From: Dokdonella sp.
Lineage (GTDB): Bacteria; Pseudomonadota; Gammaproteobacteria; Xanthomonadales; Rhodanobacteraceae
NCBI RefSeq assembly: GCF_035511235.1
Contig: NZ_DATKFQ010000010.1
Location: 44,074-108,073 of the forward strand
DNA length: 64,000 nt
Reading direction: 5' to 3'
The position numbers and the translations under genes were made by a program. Position 1 is the stretch's first letter, and each line of letters opens with the position of its first letter. Of the stretch, positions 61,685 to 64,000 are shown piece after piece. The notes below the pieces were generated by a model. That model did not search any database. It was not told the DNA's origin and worked only from the letters and a program-made list of their open reading frames with translations.

Positions 61685-62293
61685 ATGAGCCAGGAGAAGC
61701 GTGAATTTTCCGAGCGCCTGCGCGCAGGCATGCGCGCCCGCGGCATGGCCGAGCGCCCGTCGGTGCTCGAGCGCGAGTTCAACGCCAGCTACTGGGGCCG
61801 CTCGGTCAGCTTCCAGGCGGTATCGCGCTGGATGGGCGGCAAGTCGATTCCGACCCAGGACAAGCTGCAGGTGCTGGCCGATCTGCTGCACATGGAGCCG
61901 CAGGTGCTGCGCTTCGGCGACCGGGCGTCGCGCCGCTCGCGCATCGAGGAGCGCGCGCTGCCGTCGTGGCTGGCGGCCGCCGACCGTCAGGATCGCGCGG
62001 CGATCGAGGCCTTCCTCGGCCTGCCGGCGAGCCAGCGCAAGCTGGCGCGCGAACTGATCATCGCGCTGGCCAAGGCGCCGCATCCGCTGCGCGCCGCTAT
62101 ACTCGCCGCCCGCCGCCGGCTGCCGCCGCCGGCTCTCTTCCTCCGGCATCCCGATGAACGTCAAAGACAGCAACGGCACCCCACTGACCGACGGCGACTC
62201 GGTCCTCGTCATCAAGGACCTCAAGGTCAAGGGCAGCTCGGTCACGCTCAAGCGCGGCACCCTGATCCGCAACATCCGGCTGACCGACGATGA
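61685..62293 (+). CDS. XRE-like transcriptional regulator; conserved part ends near 62075 and the ORF runs on into the next gene
   Basis: FSERL...SVSFQAVSRWMGGKSIPTQDKLQVLA HTH. The tail is low-information and overlaps the next CDS by 140 bp. Confidence 0.7.
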   Translation: MSQEKREFSERLRAGMRARGMAERPSVLEREFNASYWGRSVSFQAVSRWMGGKSIPTQDKLQVLADLLHMEPQVLRFGDRASRRSRIEERALPSWLAAADRQDRAAIEAFLGLPASQRKLARELIIALAKAPHPLRAAILAARRRLPPPALFLRHPDERQRQQRHPTDRRRLGPRHQGPQGQGQLGHAQARHPDPQHPADRR

Positions 62294-62366
62294 AGACCTG
62301 ATCGAATGCAACGCCGACAAGGTCAAGGGTCTGGTGCTGCGCACCGAGTTCCTCAAGAAGGCCTGA
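62154..62366 (+). CDS. PhnA/YjdM-like small protein (C-terminal domain only)
   Basis: [42 protein letters not shown] -10-like at 62098-62103. Confidence 0.9.
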   Translation: MNVKDSNGTPLTDGDSVLVIKDLKVKGSSVTLKRGTLIRNIRLTDDEDLIECNADKVKGLVLRTEFLKKA

Positions 62367-62574
62367 GTCATCGCCGCATCGGCGGCATGCGCCGGCCGGC
62401 CGCTCGGCGTTCGCGAGCGGCGATGACGGCCAGCCGCCGTTGCGCGCGCATCGGCGTTCGCAGCCGGCGCGCACCGCGCGGATCGCGGGCCGCCAAGGCC
62501 GGCGCGGCGGCGCCTCGCCGCGGCGGTCCCGTCGATGCGAGAATCGACGCCCCGCCCCCAGATCCGACGCTCCG

Positions 62575-63501
<927 letters not shown>

Positions 63502-63570
63502 CCTCGTCGCCGGCGGCGACGAAGCCGCCGCGCTGCCGCGGCGCGTCGACGCCGCGGCAGCGCGCTCGCG

Positions 63571-64000
63571 TCACCAGCGCGTCGGCTTCGGATTGCGTTC
63601 GTCGAAGTCGCGCTGATGCCAGTACGGGTAGATCGGCGTGCGCTGGCTGGCCGCGTCGAGCGCGGCGACATGCGCCGGATCGAGCGTCCAGCCGAGTGCG
63701 CCGAGGTTCTGCTTGAGCTGCTCCTCGTTGCGCGCGCCGATCACGACGTTGGCGACGCTCGGCCGCTGCAGCAGCCAATTCAGCGCGATCTGCGGCACGC
63801 TCCTGCCGGTCTCGCGCGCGACCGCGTCGAGCGCGTCGACCACCGTGTAGAGGTATTCGTCGTCGACCTGCGGACCGCCCTTGTCGCCGCCGGCGCCGAT
63901 GCGTCCGCCGCTCGCGGCCTGGCCGCGCCGGATCTTGCCGGTCAGGCGGCCCCAGCCGAGCGGGCTCCAGACCATCGTGCCGAGGCCCTCCTCGAGCGCC
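63571..64000 (-). CDS. Aldo/keto reductase, C-terminal part (5' end lies outside the window)
   Basis: VWSPLGWGRLTGK, QIALNWLL, IGARNEEQLKQNL. Confidence 0.9.
   Translation of the reverse strand, partial: ALEEGLGTMVWSPLGWGRLTGKIRRGQAASGGRIGAGGDKGGPQVDDEYLYTVVDALDAVARETGRSVPQIALNWLLQRPSVANVVIGARNEEQLKQNLGALGWTLDPAHVAALDAASQRTPIYPYWHQRDFDERNPKPTRW

Noticed and set aside
62367-62574. GCATCGGCG-containing GC-rich spacers (also near 15187) as REP elements
   Set aside because: Too short, too few and too degenerate to distinguish from background.

Overview
A very GC-rich bacterial window with Xanthomonadales-type housekeeping genes (metK, a PilR-like regulator, ELM1/YceI/GT4/O-antigen ligase block, uup, selO, tricorn protease). 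The organism is probably Rhodanobacteraceae/Dokdonella-like; this is inference from gene content and the DxIFxxGFE-tailed secreted proteins. The main feature is a ~20 kb methanol-oxidation region (19.3-39.5 kb). It holds a Ca2+-type mxaFJGIRSACKLD operon on the + strand, converging on a lanthanide-type xoxF (XoxF1-like) / xoxJ-ankyrin fusion / cytochrome c / YVTN beta-propeller cluster on the - strand, with azurin divergent from xoxF. Reading the intergenic DNA shows that mxaF and xoxF each have a sigma-54-type -24/-12 element and, upstream of it, a pair of the same palindrome (YRGGA-N5-TCCYG). This suggests a shared enhancer-binding-protein control of the Ca/lanthanide switch, unlike the regulators I know from model methylotrophs. 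A small ECF-sigma/amidohydrolase cassette with two mirror-image promoters sits between the mxa and xox halves. I saw no tRNA, rRNA, CRISPR array, transposase or integrase. Most long ORFs in the track are GC-rich shadow frames. Start codons were re-picked by eye, and all family calls come from motif recognition, not database searches.
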